A stretch of 37,996 nt of DNA from Sarea resinae (lineage: Eukaryota), in the NCBI GenBank assembly GCA_026026165.1, contig JAPEUD010000084.1:62001-99996 (forward strand). Direction: 5' to 3'. This document shows positions 1-12,008 of this stretch, in pieces. Each line of letters opens with the position of its first letter. Position 1 is the first letter of the stretch. The notes beneath the pieces were generated by a model. It was given only the letters and a program-made list of their open reading frames with translations. It had not been told where the DNA came from and did no database searches. The translations under genes were made by a program, and so were the position numbers.

Positions 1-1261
1 TTCGATTTGATCGGATTCGTATGCGGCCATCCGTGCCTCTAATTCCGGCTTCACGAGGCTCAACCAATCCTCCCCTTTGACATCACCTAAGAACGTGAGC
101 TACCAATCATGGGATCGAGGTTAGAAGGCTACATACCTAGCTTGAGAGGCTGTCTTTCCAAGCCATCAAGCTTCCAGACCTGGTTGTCGATGGGCATAAA
201 TGCAATGAAATGGAAACCGGCGGTTTCGTCGTCCTCATCACCATTAGAATACGCCACCTTCGTCTTCTTTGCCTTTGCTTGATTCTTCAATGTCAAATCG
301 CCGTTGAGCATATCCATCTTCCTTTCATAAGGTTAGCCAGGAACTAAGATACATAATGGGGAACCAAGGAATAAGGGTAGACCGTATTCTCGGATCCTAG
401 AGATTATCACGGATTGGGGCAGGAATTGGGGGACTTCCTAGCAGGCGCCCCCACTTTGCGCAAGAGAACTAATCAGAGCATCATAACACTGGAGATGTAG
501 ACTGACCGTGCAAATGAGTTGTGAATCCGCTTAACAAATTCAAAATTGTTGATCTGATCTCCACGAAGCGGCGGTGGGAAATCTCGTGTAAATTCTTTGA
601 ATTGCTGGAGGTTTTCGCCGAGCTCTATTTCGGGGATATTGTTGACGATGTTGAGGAGGGCGACGCTCGCGCAGGCATTGCCCACAGTCTAGCCTGCTAT
701 AAGTCTCAAGAAAGCAACGCCTCTGAAGCATAGAGAATAGGCACTCACTTGATTTGCAAACCAAACATTCTCAGGACAGCTTGTCTCGTGCTTATCTGGG
801 TCTTCCTGTCTCCAACGAAACAGGAATATCAGGCCATAAACGGGTTTTCTAGATATCTTGTAAGATTTGAGACATCTCGTACCGGCGCAATACGTTCTAG
901 GCAATCGTAGATGTACTTACGGGAGCATTGCAAGTAGCTCTGCATCTAGACCAAATACCTCCTGAACTTTGATGCCTTTTACGCCAAATTCTTTCAGAGT
1001 CACGTTGAAGAATGCCTATAGAAGCAATAAGCATCCCCATGGACCGGCTTCTCCAGCGGATAGCTTTGATCAGAATCTGGCAGAAGCTTGACCTACAGGT
1101 TCAGACTCGATTTCACAGAAACCCTCCCAATGCTTCCTGTCGTGTTCTGTCGCAGTGGCCGAGGGACTGTTTGGAAACACCTTGAGCGGTGACAAGTCGT
1201 GGCCATCAGCCGTGCCATTATTCGTGCCATCGAGGCGTCTTCTTTTATATTGTTCGGCCAT
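1..1261 (-). CDS. Ubiquitin C-terminal hydrolase, peptidase C12 (UCH37/BAP1 class); 3' end runs off the window. Exons 1261-1097, 1015-921, 848-749, 688-507, 321-137, 86-1
   Basis: The spliced translation gives FCEIESEPAFFNVTLKEFGVKG, KPVYGLIFLFRW, FANQ-TVGNACASVALLN (oxyanion Gln, catalytic Cys), HNSFAR and FHFIAFMP...WKLDGL (catalytic His/Asp). All five introns are GT-AG and preserve the frame. Confidence 0.92.
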
Positions 1262-1861
1262 TGAGAGGTATTTCTCGGGCAGTAGACGGAGGGATAACAG
1301 AGCGGCAAGAGAGACTAGGATACGAAGTGTGTACGAGGTGTACGAGGTGTGTGATGTAAGAGTATGTGTGTAGATGAGAGGTCTATTTGTTTCGTGTCTT
1401 TATCCGTATATTTTGGTTGCACCATAATCTTCAGGCGACGCGATTTGAATGGAGAATTGAATTGAATTGGTTTACCACAGGCTGATTCACTGTGCCCAGA
1501 GGTGATCATGCACATAGCATACCTTACATACTGCAAATGTTGATACCTCGTACCTGGATTACCTATGAGAGTACGGTATCAATTTCGTACTTCACTCCCC
1601 AAGAAAGGACATTTAAGTATGGAAGCCATTCCAGCTCCAATCCCCACCTTCTATCTGATGGATGAAGGAAAATACGCGTGATTGACAAATACGTGAAGAG
1701 AGCGGTCGCATGACCAAGACGGGCACGCCAATTTAGAAGTCATTGTTCGCTCTTGGGTCATGACCATGATAGATGGGTCCCTGCTTGCGACAGCAATTGA
1801 AGGTATCTACTACGATTTTGCGCACATGTATATATCATGATAGTGAAGCAAGTAGAGATGG

Positions 1862-1862
<1 letters not shown>

Positions 1863-1898
<36 letters not shown>
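1863..1898. repeat. Perfect (CAG)12 microsatellite
   Basis: Read directly: 12 uninterrupted CAG units in intergenic DNA. Confidence 0.97.
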
Positions 1899-1899
<1 letters not shown>

Positions 1900-2102
1900 G
1901 ATGGGGGGTTCAATATAATATGACGTTCGCCATAGCTGAATCCTAGAACTCCTACTAAATTGATGCAAAATTCCTGTTACAATGCACAAGCTATGGTGTC
2001 AGACCACAAAATGAATCGGAGTACCCCTTTCAAACATCCTGCTCTCTTAGGTCCTACCACTCGCGAGCGGAAAATGTCTCCTTTCACCTCTAGCTTTATG
2101 AT

Positions 2103-3826
2103 TTACCATGATAGCCATTCTTCACCATCACAGAGTTTATTGTAATTGCCGTCCGATGACCGAGTCGAGTATCTAATATGGACTCGGCGCTGAGCCATGA
2201 ACGGTTTTGCGTCCAATCTGCAGACCCGAGCGGATTCTGGCACGTCCTTGGAGTGTGCTACGTGTCCGAGGCCCCTTTCTTCGACCATAACAACCCAGTC
2301 GGCAACCTTTGCGGTTCCCGTTGAATCCCATACCCCTTCTCGGCGAGGTGAAGCGGAGAGGAGTGATATGGCTTGACGCCGAATGCTTGGGTTTCGACAC
2401 TTGAAAGCGGTGAAGAAAAGAGGCGCGACGATGCCCAAATCGGAAGAAAAGCTCGGCTGGGGCCCTGCTAAGCTGCCAGGCCCGGTGTTCGCAATAAGAG
2501 ACTGCGAGAGACTGATGGTCTTTTCGAATTCGCAATCGAATTCATCGAACGCACTCTCGGCACCGGAGAATCCGGCTGTGAGCATGATAGCAGAGGTGAT
2601 GTGATGTATTTTGAGCAAAGCAGCACCCCGCAGGTCTCTGCTATCCATTCCCGGATCGAAGCGCATCAGATATCGGTTGAACGCCGCTGACCATTGCTGG
2701 AGATGAGCTTCAATTTCCGCCTGCCTTGCTAGAGCGACGTGTAGCGCTTCTCCGTCCAGTATCTCAGGGTGGTGGTCTGCCGATTGTAAAAGCTGGATCA
2801 TTGCGTTTGACTGGTAGACCAAGTAATCTCGAGCTTCATCAAGACTTGCGAAGATGTCCGGGACACGTTCAAGCGTCTTTTTCGGAGAAGGAAATATCCG
2901 AAGCTGCTGTGACTGCGAGTCAAGGAACAACGTGATCTGCAGATTCAGACGACCAAACAATTTAATGAGATAGTCCCGATCCGGTGAAAAGATATGCGAT
3001 GATGTTGTACTCTGATGGCACTTCGCCACATCCAGAGGGCTCTGACAGAGAATGCGTAGACCATTCTGTAGATGCAGGACGACAGAGTCATAATTTCCCA
3101 GAAAACTCTCGAAACAGATGAAAAGAACGCAAGAAATCAAAGCGACGTCGGCTTCATGGCATCCCATTCGAGCAATCTGCTGGCTCAGATAGCCGATTGC
3201 CTTATTATATTGCTGCAAGGCATAGGAAAGCTCTTCATCGGGATGGCCATACCTGAATGGGAGGTCTTTGTGGGCTTTGAGTCTCCAATGGAGAGAACCA
3301 AGAGCGACCAAAGCATGACGGACCGCAGGTTCCGAATGACTGGCCTGGAGGACTACGCGATTCCAAAAGCTTGAGTCATAATATTGTAAGAATTCTGGTA
3401 CTGTCCGATTTCGGAAAAAATCAAGATATCGGCGCTCCTTTTCACTTCCCGAACGATCAAATGAAGGATTGAGCGACAAGATGGGTTTGGGGCGAAGCGC
3501 CAGAGCTGCGGGTCGTGGGCTACTACCGTTATTGCCCTGGCGTGTTGTTACATAGCCATCGCAAGTTCGTCCAGTGCTCTGACACCTATAGCAGGTGGGC
3601 TTTTGTTCGTCGCATTTGATGCGCCGAATCCTTCACAGCCAACGACAAAGATCAGTACTGCGTCAGCATTTGGCAGCAAGCAATGCCGCGGATCTCTGGG
3701 GCACGATGGGAAAAAAGGAAGGGACGTGGCAGAGGCAACTGACTTGCAGGTAATGCAGCCCGTCCTGACTCTGCTAGCTACCACTCGAGTTCTCTTGACA
3801 CCCGGTCTTGATTGACCATCAGGCAT
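2103..3826 (-). CDS. Zn(II)2Cys6 fungal transcription factor with a C-terminal fungal-specific TF domain. Exons 3826-3744, 3630-2103
   Basis: Removing intron 3743-3631 (GTCAGT...AAG) rebuilds RVRTGCITCKIRRIKCDEQKPTCYRCQSTGRTCDGY in frame with the 458-aa ORF (FWNRVVLQASHSEPAVRHALVALGSLH, ALQQYNKAI, KCRNPSIRRQAISLL...RREGVWD). Confidence 0.93.
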
Positions 3827-4732
3827 AGTGCAGCGCAGGTGTATGTACTATCATGATCCCGTCGGCCCACGATGAAGGAACGGGAAGGTCTAGCGGGTAT
3901 ATGCCACTCGCGCAAGCCACGCTCCGGAGAGATGGGCGGGAGCTAGGACGATGAATGTGATTCACCATGGCTACCTTACCTTGACTTGTTTATGTAGCGG
4001 GGGATCTGCTTGGTCAGGCCATAATCATTGCAGGGTTTGCCAGGGGGAGGGTTCGGGGCAATCATGGACAGCGGGAGGGATTTGGAGGTAGCCATCAGAC
4101 GGCGGGACGTTGTTGGACTGCGCGCAGGAAGTAAGTGCGAACATAAGAAGTACTTCAGTAAGCTGGAGTCCTACTGTGTATGGCGTACCTCAGGGTGACA
4201 GTGACATCTTGGACATCTTGTCTGCCGTGGACCGAGGGGCAGAGTAGGTACCTTAGTATGCTAGGTACCTACCTTACCTTGGGTAGCGAAGAATCTCGGA
4301 GTACCTTACCCACTACGTGGGTCATCATCTGGAAGAAGCGGGCTGAGGTGCTCATTGGTCTGCTCGCAGTACATCTATCATAGAACCAGTGTCTTCCAAC
4401 CTCCCGATCAAAGCATCTAAGATAGTACTGATATACAGATAAGCCAAATGCTCTCAACGTCATATCATCATGCTGTGCGAAGCACTTGGACTTCAGTAGT
4501 TCTCCGTTCTAGAGTTGCCCTTCAGGGTCGGACATGTGTGGCACGGACGCGAGCCAATCCTCGTACATGATCGACAGAAATCTTCATTTCCCTCAAGTAA
4601 ACGATCTACTTGGAGAGCTTGTTATCGTAGCCCAAGAGAACAGGAACAAGATGAGAAACGCCTGGTTTCCTGAAGATTGCATTCAAAGAATCCCTACATC
4701 CTTACATCTCTGCGTGCCTCTGCGTGCCTCTG

Positions 4733-6029
4733 CTAGCCATTTGGCGTCGCTTTTCCATCTTCGTCTCCGTCCCCCGATTCGGCCTTCTCTTTTCGCCGCT
4801 GGGTCACGTCCCAATTATAGACCCGGGCTGTTGCAACTTCTAACGTCTGTTTGTTTTGCGAGATTGCCGATGGTCAGCGTGACAATGATGGTTCACAGTT
4901 TAGTCTTTGAAAACGTAGCCGTAGTATGCAGGGGATGTCAAATAAGACTGTTTAGGATGTTGGGAAGAGAGAAATTCAGGAAAACATAAGCCAAAATCGA
5001 CGAACCGTGATCTGCTCGCGCAAAAAGTCGAGATCTTCCTCGCAGTTGCCCAAGTTCTGCTGCGCCCCGGCCAGCTTCGATTCTAGCAAAGTTTCTGCCT
5101 CCGCAATGGGATACGAGAGCATCACATTGGCCTGTTAAATTTATCGCGAGGGTCAGCGGAGACACTTCTTTTCGAAAAAATCGTTGGTAGGATAGTCGTA
5201 TCGAACGCGCGATGAGGAGCTTGAGAGAGAGGAGTGTGCGAAAAGGACTCAAGCTGGAATCTAATTACTTACGCCTAACCATAGGTAGACGTCTTCAGTC
5301 GCCGGAACTACCGCTTTCGCGTAAAGCGTATCGTTCAATTCAAAGGTCGTGTCGATTGGATCAGAGTCAGCCTAGTAATTGTCTTTAGCACGATGTATAT
5401 TCCTTCCCTTGGCATGTGTATGCAGAAGTCCAAGAAATCCATTTCATGCGAGATGACAGAGAGAAAAGCATATTAGAGGTATTTGCAGAATGTCTCGTAC
5501 CTTGCGCGTCTTCATGAATTGCACCGTGTCGAGCGTCTTTTGAATGTCTGGAATCTTCTCTCGTAGCCCGACTGCCCGCCGTTGCGTGTTGACCTCCATA
5601 AATTGGTATTTCCTGTGGCGAATCAAGATCTGATCAGTCGCTGGCTTCTTCCCTGCGTTGACCACCCGTCTAAGCGGTGCCTTTCCCTTTCCCCGTCCCC
5701 CCTTTCGGCAGCTGGCATATCTTCTATGCCGATAGCGCTCCACGAGGCTCGAGTCGATGCTTTCGGTAGATAGACAGAAAGAGAGGATTGACTATTCACG
5801 TACGAGATCATCTCCTGGAAGCTCTTCAATGTGCCCTCCACCTCCACCCGTGAAGAGACATAGTCTTCGACCCTGTCAACGAATGGCGCATAAGGTATGC
5901 CTCGTGGATTTGTGGGGGCTTCTTTGCTATTGCGGAGTATGGCGGGCGGACGTCAGCAAGCCAGCGAACTCTATTTTCTGGATGCGAGCATGCTTTCGAG
6001 ATAACTGACCCTTTCACACTGGAAGCCAT
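4733..6029 (-). CDS. PAC10: Prefoldin subunit 3 (Pac10/Gim2/VBP1). Exons 6029-6010, 5926-5804, 5612-5501, 5371-5273, 5131-5006, 4846-4733
   Basis: The spliced product contains NPRGIPYAPFVDRVEDYV, FQEMISKYQFME, KIPDIQKTLDTV, FELNDTLYAKA, VYLWLGANVMLSYPIAEA and LDFLREQITTLEVATARVYNWDV, all prefoldin-3 signatures. Confidence 0.95.
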
Positions 6030-6513
6030 AGTGACGGCTCGCCGCGGATGTGGTGCGAGAGTCGCTGCCTCTTACTTTCTGATGCGAATATTCCGTGTTC
6101 ACGTCGCACTTTAGATACCGATTGTTTGGAGACATTTCGAACCGATGCCAGTACATACGGTTACCCGGTAGGTAGGTGCAGCCCACATCAGATCAAATCA
6201 CGGAGAGGGACTAACTTTGTTCCTGGTGAAGAGCCGCACCTTAAATCCTTTACCGCGTGGATTGATCGGGTACGTACCACTGGCGGTGCAACCGAATTCA
6301 ATACTTGCCGTGGCTGACGTTGTTGACGCCTCTTTTCGCAGCGTCCCATCCTTCTAGTAGTGCCCTACTTGCGCTCTCCCACTTCTTTGGATTCTTCGTC
6401 TCGTGGCGCCCCGTCACTCTTCCTGGCATTCTTCTTCTCTTCTCCTTCTCCTTCTCCTTCTCGCGTTTCTCGTGTTCTTGTCGCCTTGGTCTCACAAATT
6501 CTCTTCCCATGCG

Positions 6514-7640
6514 ATGACACACAAGCTTTCCTGCGCTTTGCGCAACTCACCTCTCATCTCCCAAAAGTCCTCACACCATGCCTCCATCGGTCATCTGCCA
6601 CCTTACCGCCTTGCCCGCTCCCTGTACTCTCCTCCATCCTACAACCACCTACGACAATCCGTCCGTTTCAACAGTAGCGATCCCGTAACCCGCGTGACAC
6701 ACAACACCCGCGTCAATGGCCCCGCCACCACTTTACCTCCGCCTCTGGTTATAAATGAACGAGGGCCCCAGGAATCGCTAATCAGCTTCGCCTTCAAGCG
6801 TGGCAAGAGCTACCTCACCTTTTACAAGACGGGCCTCCGTCATCTCGTGACAAACTTCCAAGCCTCGAGAAAGGTGTGGGCATCCGTGAAGGAAAGTGGC
6901 AGAACGTCCGAGAGCTCGTCCGCCGGCTCGAAATGGGAGCTGCTTTACCGAGCTGTTGTGGCCCGTCGCATCACTCGTTCCGAATTCCAGCTCCTTTACC
7001 GCACACGCCACGATATTAGCCGCGTGCCCGCCTTTGCGCTCCTATTTCTTATTTGTGGCGAATTCACGCCACTAGTTGTCATCTACGTTAGCCAGATCGT
7101 GCCCTGGACTTGTCGGATCCCAGCACAAGTTCGCAAAGAGCGCGAAGCACTTGAAAGTCGTCGGCGTGCCAGTTTCCGAAATCTGGTTGTCCCGTCACCC
7201 GAGACTGCGCGCGAGGCGGATGTGCAGGTGCTGAGGAGGCCGCAATTGCTGCATATCGGCCGATCGCTAGGACTGTTTTCGCCGTGGTGGCCAGAGGCTC
7301 TTAGCTTGCCACCAGATAGATTGTTGAGATTTAAAATAGGTGCGAGGGTCAAATACTTGGAGGTGGACGACCGTGCCATTGCAAATGACGGTGGGGTGAA
7401 TGAGATGGAGATGGAGGAGGTGCGGATGGCACTTGTCGAGCGCGGCGTGGATGTGCTTGGAAGTGGTGATTCACGTCTTAGGGCTTCGTTGAAAGCGTGG
7501 CTCAAATCAAGGTCGACAGCTCCTGTGACTTCACTTTTGCTGACACGGTAAGCAGTCATTTTTCTCTGAAATGCATGTGGATCATTCATGCTAACAGCTC
7601 GCGCGATAGGCCTTCAGTCTGGCCCCAGAAACTCCAATGA
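6514..7640 (+). CDS. LETM1-like (ribosome-binding-domain) mitochondrial protein. Exons 6514-7547, 7610-7640
   Basis: Basic, Ser-rich presequence-like N-terminus from ATG 6514. Motifs YLTFYKTGL, TRSEFQLLYRTRHDISRVPAFALLFLICGEFTPL and YLEVDDRAIANDGGV...EEVRMALVERG are LETM1-like. The terminal intron is GTAAGC...GCTAAC...TAG. Confidence 0.8.
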
Positions 7641-8188
7641 AGGTGTCGTTTGAACTCTCGATCAATTCCAATGGAACAGAGTAGCTTTCATGTATAATAT
7701 GTATTCTATGCACTGAGTTTTGCTAAGCATACACCTCGTCTATCAAATTACGCCCGGCGGCGCCAGGCCCATGCAACTCCAGTATCTAGAAAATGAGAAC
7801 CTGCAATCGAAATGAAAAGAGCTGCCTTCCAGATAAAATCAAAGTACCGTGCTCGTAATCTGCCAGAAGATAACCTGACTCCTGTCCAGACTGCAATTGT
7901 CTAGACTTCCAGCATGAAACGGGTACCACGCTCGTAATGCACTTGTTTACACAATCAAAGAAAGGTCCTTTCGCATGTGATTGGATAAGATTTGAGATAG
8001 ACATGCGTCCTCAACTCTAGGAAAGACGGTAGAACTGGTGAGCGACACTGCAGAGTGAGGAGTTTAGAAGTCCGAGCCATCATCTGGCCATCATAGACCT
8101 GGCCACTGAAAAAACAATCTAAATCAGCGACAGGTCGCATGAGATAGGCATGCGACTGAAGGTAAGGTCATTGAGGTACCCGCCTGCG

Positions 8189-11100
8189 TTATTGTTGTTT
8201 CCATTTGGACAATTGCTCCATAATATTCTGCACTTGCTGAGCGGGCTGGCCTTGTTGTTGCAGCGCGCCCGGCTGTTGCACTCGATTTCCAGCGCCGGCT
8301 AATAGTGACGCCAGTGCGGGATTCGCGGCCAAGGCAGCGTACGGATTGGCCGCAGGTTGTAGTGGGAAGACCTGCGGCTGCGGCTGCGGCTGTGCCGTGG
8401 GAGTTTGACGAACGGCGCCACTAAGAAGACTTGCGAGATCGGCAGGCATGGTGCCGAACGATGTTTGCTGTTGCAAGGCTTGTTGAGGGGTCTGGGATGG
8501 CTGTTGCATGGCTCCGAGGAGTTTCTGTAGCGTCGAACTATCGAGCGAGCTTAAAACATTAGATAAATTGGCTGCCCCAGCTTGTGATGCTTGAGGTTGA
8601 GGTTGAGGCTGAGCTGATGTGAATTGTGGTGCACCGAAAGCTGATACTGCGCCATACTGGATGGGGGCGCCGTGCGTTTGCTTCGCGCGAATGACTAATT
8701 CGGCGCAGATCTGAGGATCGAGATCTTCATACTCTTTGATATATGTCAGCAGACGTCGATACACGCGCAAATTGAAGTGGAAACAATAAATTTACCATCA
8801 AAGCGAACATTGTCGACACCTGCTCTCCTGTCGAATATTTGCAACGGAATCTTCCCAGTGACTTGCGAGGCATGTGTGAGTTTCGATACTGCTTGAACGC
8901 CTTCTAATATTTGTCTTCGGATGACTGCTGCTTCAGATATGCGTGGACCGAGGAAGGTAACATCACAACGGATCCCGCGGTCACGAAACGCTCTTTCAAG
9001 AAAAGATATAAAATTCCTGCTTCGATCGGTGGCGTTAGACATGATCTCATCGTCTCAGCATTGAGTAGGGAGAACATTACCTGTCTAAGTCGTCCATGAG
9101 AATGATTTGCACATCTGGCACGTCTGCTGGGGCCCTCTTTGGAAAATGAGCCTCAAAGTCTTCATCAGGCTCGCGACCTCTAGGACTACGACTCCTATAT
9201 CTAGGAGCGCCCCGGCTATAAGGCGAACGAGATCGTGGCCGTCGTCGTCCATCGTATCGATCATAGCTTCTATCCCTATCCCGACCGCCTCGATAGCCAT
9301 CCCTACCTCGGAACGTACGCGGAGATGGAGAGCGAATAGGACGATAGTCATCGCGAACTCTCCCGTCTCGAAAATCTCGATCACGTCCATTTCTTGAGTC
9401 GAACGCTCGGTCCACGCGCTCGGGGCCCGCTCTTCCAGCACCTCCACGTGGGGCACCACCACGGCTGTAATCTGGCGACCGAGAACGCCGGCTTAGGCTA
9501 GATCTGTTTCCTACGTCGCCCGAAGTTCTCGTATTTTTTTGTGGCTTGGAGATCTCAAGATCTAAAGGGATATTAGAAAGCTATCGAGGGGAAGCATAAG
9601 GAGGGGATGATTTAATGTGAACATACGCATTTTCCTTCCCCTGACGGCCATTCCTTGCTCGGCTTGCAGGGCTCGATAGCAGGAGCTGCCATCAAGGAAT
9701 TGGACGAATCCATATGCTTGCTTGATCGATATTTGTGCAAGTTTACCATGCTTATGAAAGATGTGATATAGATCGCGTTTGGTGACCTTTTCGGTGGGGA
9801 GGTTCCCTTCAAAAGGAATCAGTAAAATGCCAAATGGGGATTTGGGGACTGCTATGATAATCATGCCCTACCAATAAATAATCTCGAGTCGGGGGGGAAT
9901 TTGTCCCATTGGCCCTCTGTCACGTACGCTCGCTCATCTTGCAAGAATTCATCATATTTCTTTTGGATATCAGGGCCCCATGGTACTTCATCTTCGTCAT
10001 TGGAAGACGTCACAGGCCTACCAAGACTGCTATCTAGCTTCTCTTTTGAGCGATAAGCCTGTGATGTGGAGCTCTGTTGCTGTTGCTGGGTGCCGGATGG
10101 CGAAGGTTGCTGGAATGTGGCTAGAGGCGGAGGGGGGAGGCCATTGGGGGCGGAAGAAGTGCCCGGCGCACCTGCTCCTACGATGGTAGCAGGTAGAGCG
10201 GGCGAGGGACGATATGAACTATTATTCTGAGAGGAATAGGAGGAAGGGGCATGTGGAGTTGTATTATGTGGATGATACGAACGAATGTCATTTCCCGATG
10301 TGTAATTGGGATTAGAGACCGGGTTTTCTTGCGGCGGCGGGCGAGGAGGGAGGTTGGCATGAGTGGGTAGGCCAGCGGTCGAAGACACGGCACTTCCTGG
10401 TCTGGGAATGCTAGCGTTGGCAGTTGGGGAGGCTGTCGTAGCCGCAGTTATGCCCTCGGCCGCAGGAGCATTGGCAGTAGATGGGGATATGTTATCCAAA
10501 AGGGACTGGTAATCGATGCTTCCACTGCTTAATTCTGTTGCGTTACCACCATGCGCTTGGCTTTGGCCTGCCTCACGGTCGAACCGATGATTGCCAGCGG
10601 CGGCAGTCGCATTTGCAGCCTCAGTCATGGCAGTACTTGGCGCAGTAGCATCATGAAGGGCTTGGGACGGGTTCATGGAATTCGGGATGAGACCTCTTTC
10701 ATCTGTATGGGGTAGGCCATCGGGTGCAGACGAAGGAACGGACTGAAGGGATGCAGAAGAGTCAGGTCCTCCGGCGAATGTGGCAGCCGTAGCATCATTC
10801 GTGATTGGAATGTTACTCGACATTGGAAGCTCTTGAGCTGTGATAGAGATATCTTGATTTTCGGAACCCTCCTCATCCTCGAAGTCTAGCGACATAGCAT
10901 AATCGTCGTTCCCATCATCTCCTCCATTACCATCCCCTGTCAATCTCTGGTGATCAATTCCATTCTCTGTATCTGCATAGGTTGAAGATGAAGATGAAGT
11001 GTCCGCTGCTCGAGCGGTAGCGGGAGCGGGAGCAGGAGCGGGAGCAGGAGCAGGTGCTGCGATTGTCGGAATCACCGCATTCTTCTGGTGGCTGTTATGG

Positions 11101-11258
11101 TCAACTAGGTGACTGGAAGTATCATTGAAAATCGGATCCATCTGCTTCTCCAACACGAGAATGTTGGACGGCTGCTCGGACAAATGGATGGGTTTGGGAG
11201 ATATTGGAGATAGAGTCTTTCCTCGGAACTCGGGAGCTTCAGGCGGAGGAGAAGTCAT
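8189..11258 (-). CDS. NAB3: Nab3-like nuclear RNA-binding protein (low-complexity N-terminus, RRM, RS/RD-rich segment, folded C-terminal domain, Q-rich tail). Exons 11258-9872, 9806-9627, 9561-9081, 9016-8796, 8733-8189
   Basis: The spliced RRM reads SRLFIGNLPTEKVTKRDLYHIFHKHGKLAQISIKQAYGFVQF...HLEISKPQ. It is followed by RSRSP repeats, PDVQIILMDDLDRNFISFLERAF and a Q/P-rich tail ending VQNIMEQLSKWKQQ. Confidence 0.88.
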
Positions 11259-12008
11259 GTAGGCGGCGACCGACAGACTAAGGTGGGAGGCGGTCTGCGG
11301 CAGAGATCGGCCAGATGACAGACGGATATCAAGTGAGCACACCTCTAGTAGGGGCGGGCAAACAAACCAAGATCATCTACAACAGGGCGAGGTTGGATAT
11401 GAAAACGGCTAGGCAGTGTTGGCAGTGGCTGGAGGGGTAGAAGGTGGAGAGAGACGAGAGAGAGAGGGAGAAAGAGAGAAGAGGATAAGACGAGGTGGTA
11501 GGTAAGTGAAAAGCTCGGGAGTGGGATTGCACTCTAGATTGTTGGGCAACGATATTATGGGAGGGGTAGTATTGACGAAGCGGCAAGACATGGGCTTGAT
11601 GGGAGTGACTGCAGTAGACCACCTAATTCAAGGGTTTGAGAAGTCTCGACCTTAGGAAACATTGGTGACGGCCGGTGAAGAAAGGAAGAAGTTGCATTTC
11701 CAGCATGAATGATACCTTCACTACTGAGGAGGGAGTGAATCGGAGAACTTTCAGGCTAGCTTGGCGGGCGACGAGCACGTGATCTTCAAACGCGACTCTA
11801 CTCCGTACTACGTAGAAGATGCTACTGCGCAGTACCTTACGATGTACCCATCAGAGTAGTGGCCCAAGTGACGTTGTGCATCACAGCCCTCTGTCACCAA
11901 AGCCCAGAGGGCTGTTTTCATCTTTACCAGACCTCCCTCCCTCGTCTTATTCTTCTCTTTTTCCACCATACACGAGTGGCGGCCGAGCAAGCATCTCAAT
12001 GCTCAGCA

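Noticed and set aside
4708..4733. Short tandem duplication (ctctgcgtgc x2.6) after the prefoldin stop; similar gtgtacgag duplication near 1329-1351 and the Ala-Pro repeat at about 11020-11058
   Set aside because: Ordinary slippage repeats. There is no spacer structure, so they are not CRISPR-like.
6403..6513. GTG-initiated extension of the LETM1-like ORF with a poly-Leu 'signal peptide'
   Set aside because: The Leu run comes from a CT-rich tract typical of fungal 5' UTRs. ATG 6514 gives a normal presequence-like start.
11380..11520. Pyrimidine-rich leader with UCUU words upstream of the Nab3-like gene (possible autoregulation)
   Set aside because: It cannot be distinguished from the CT-rich leaders seen at other genes in the window.
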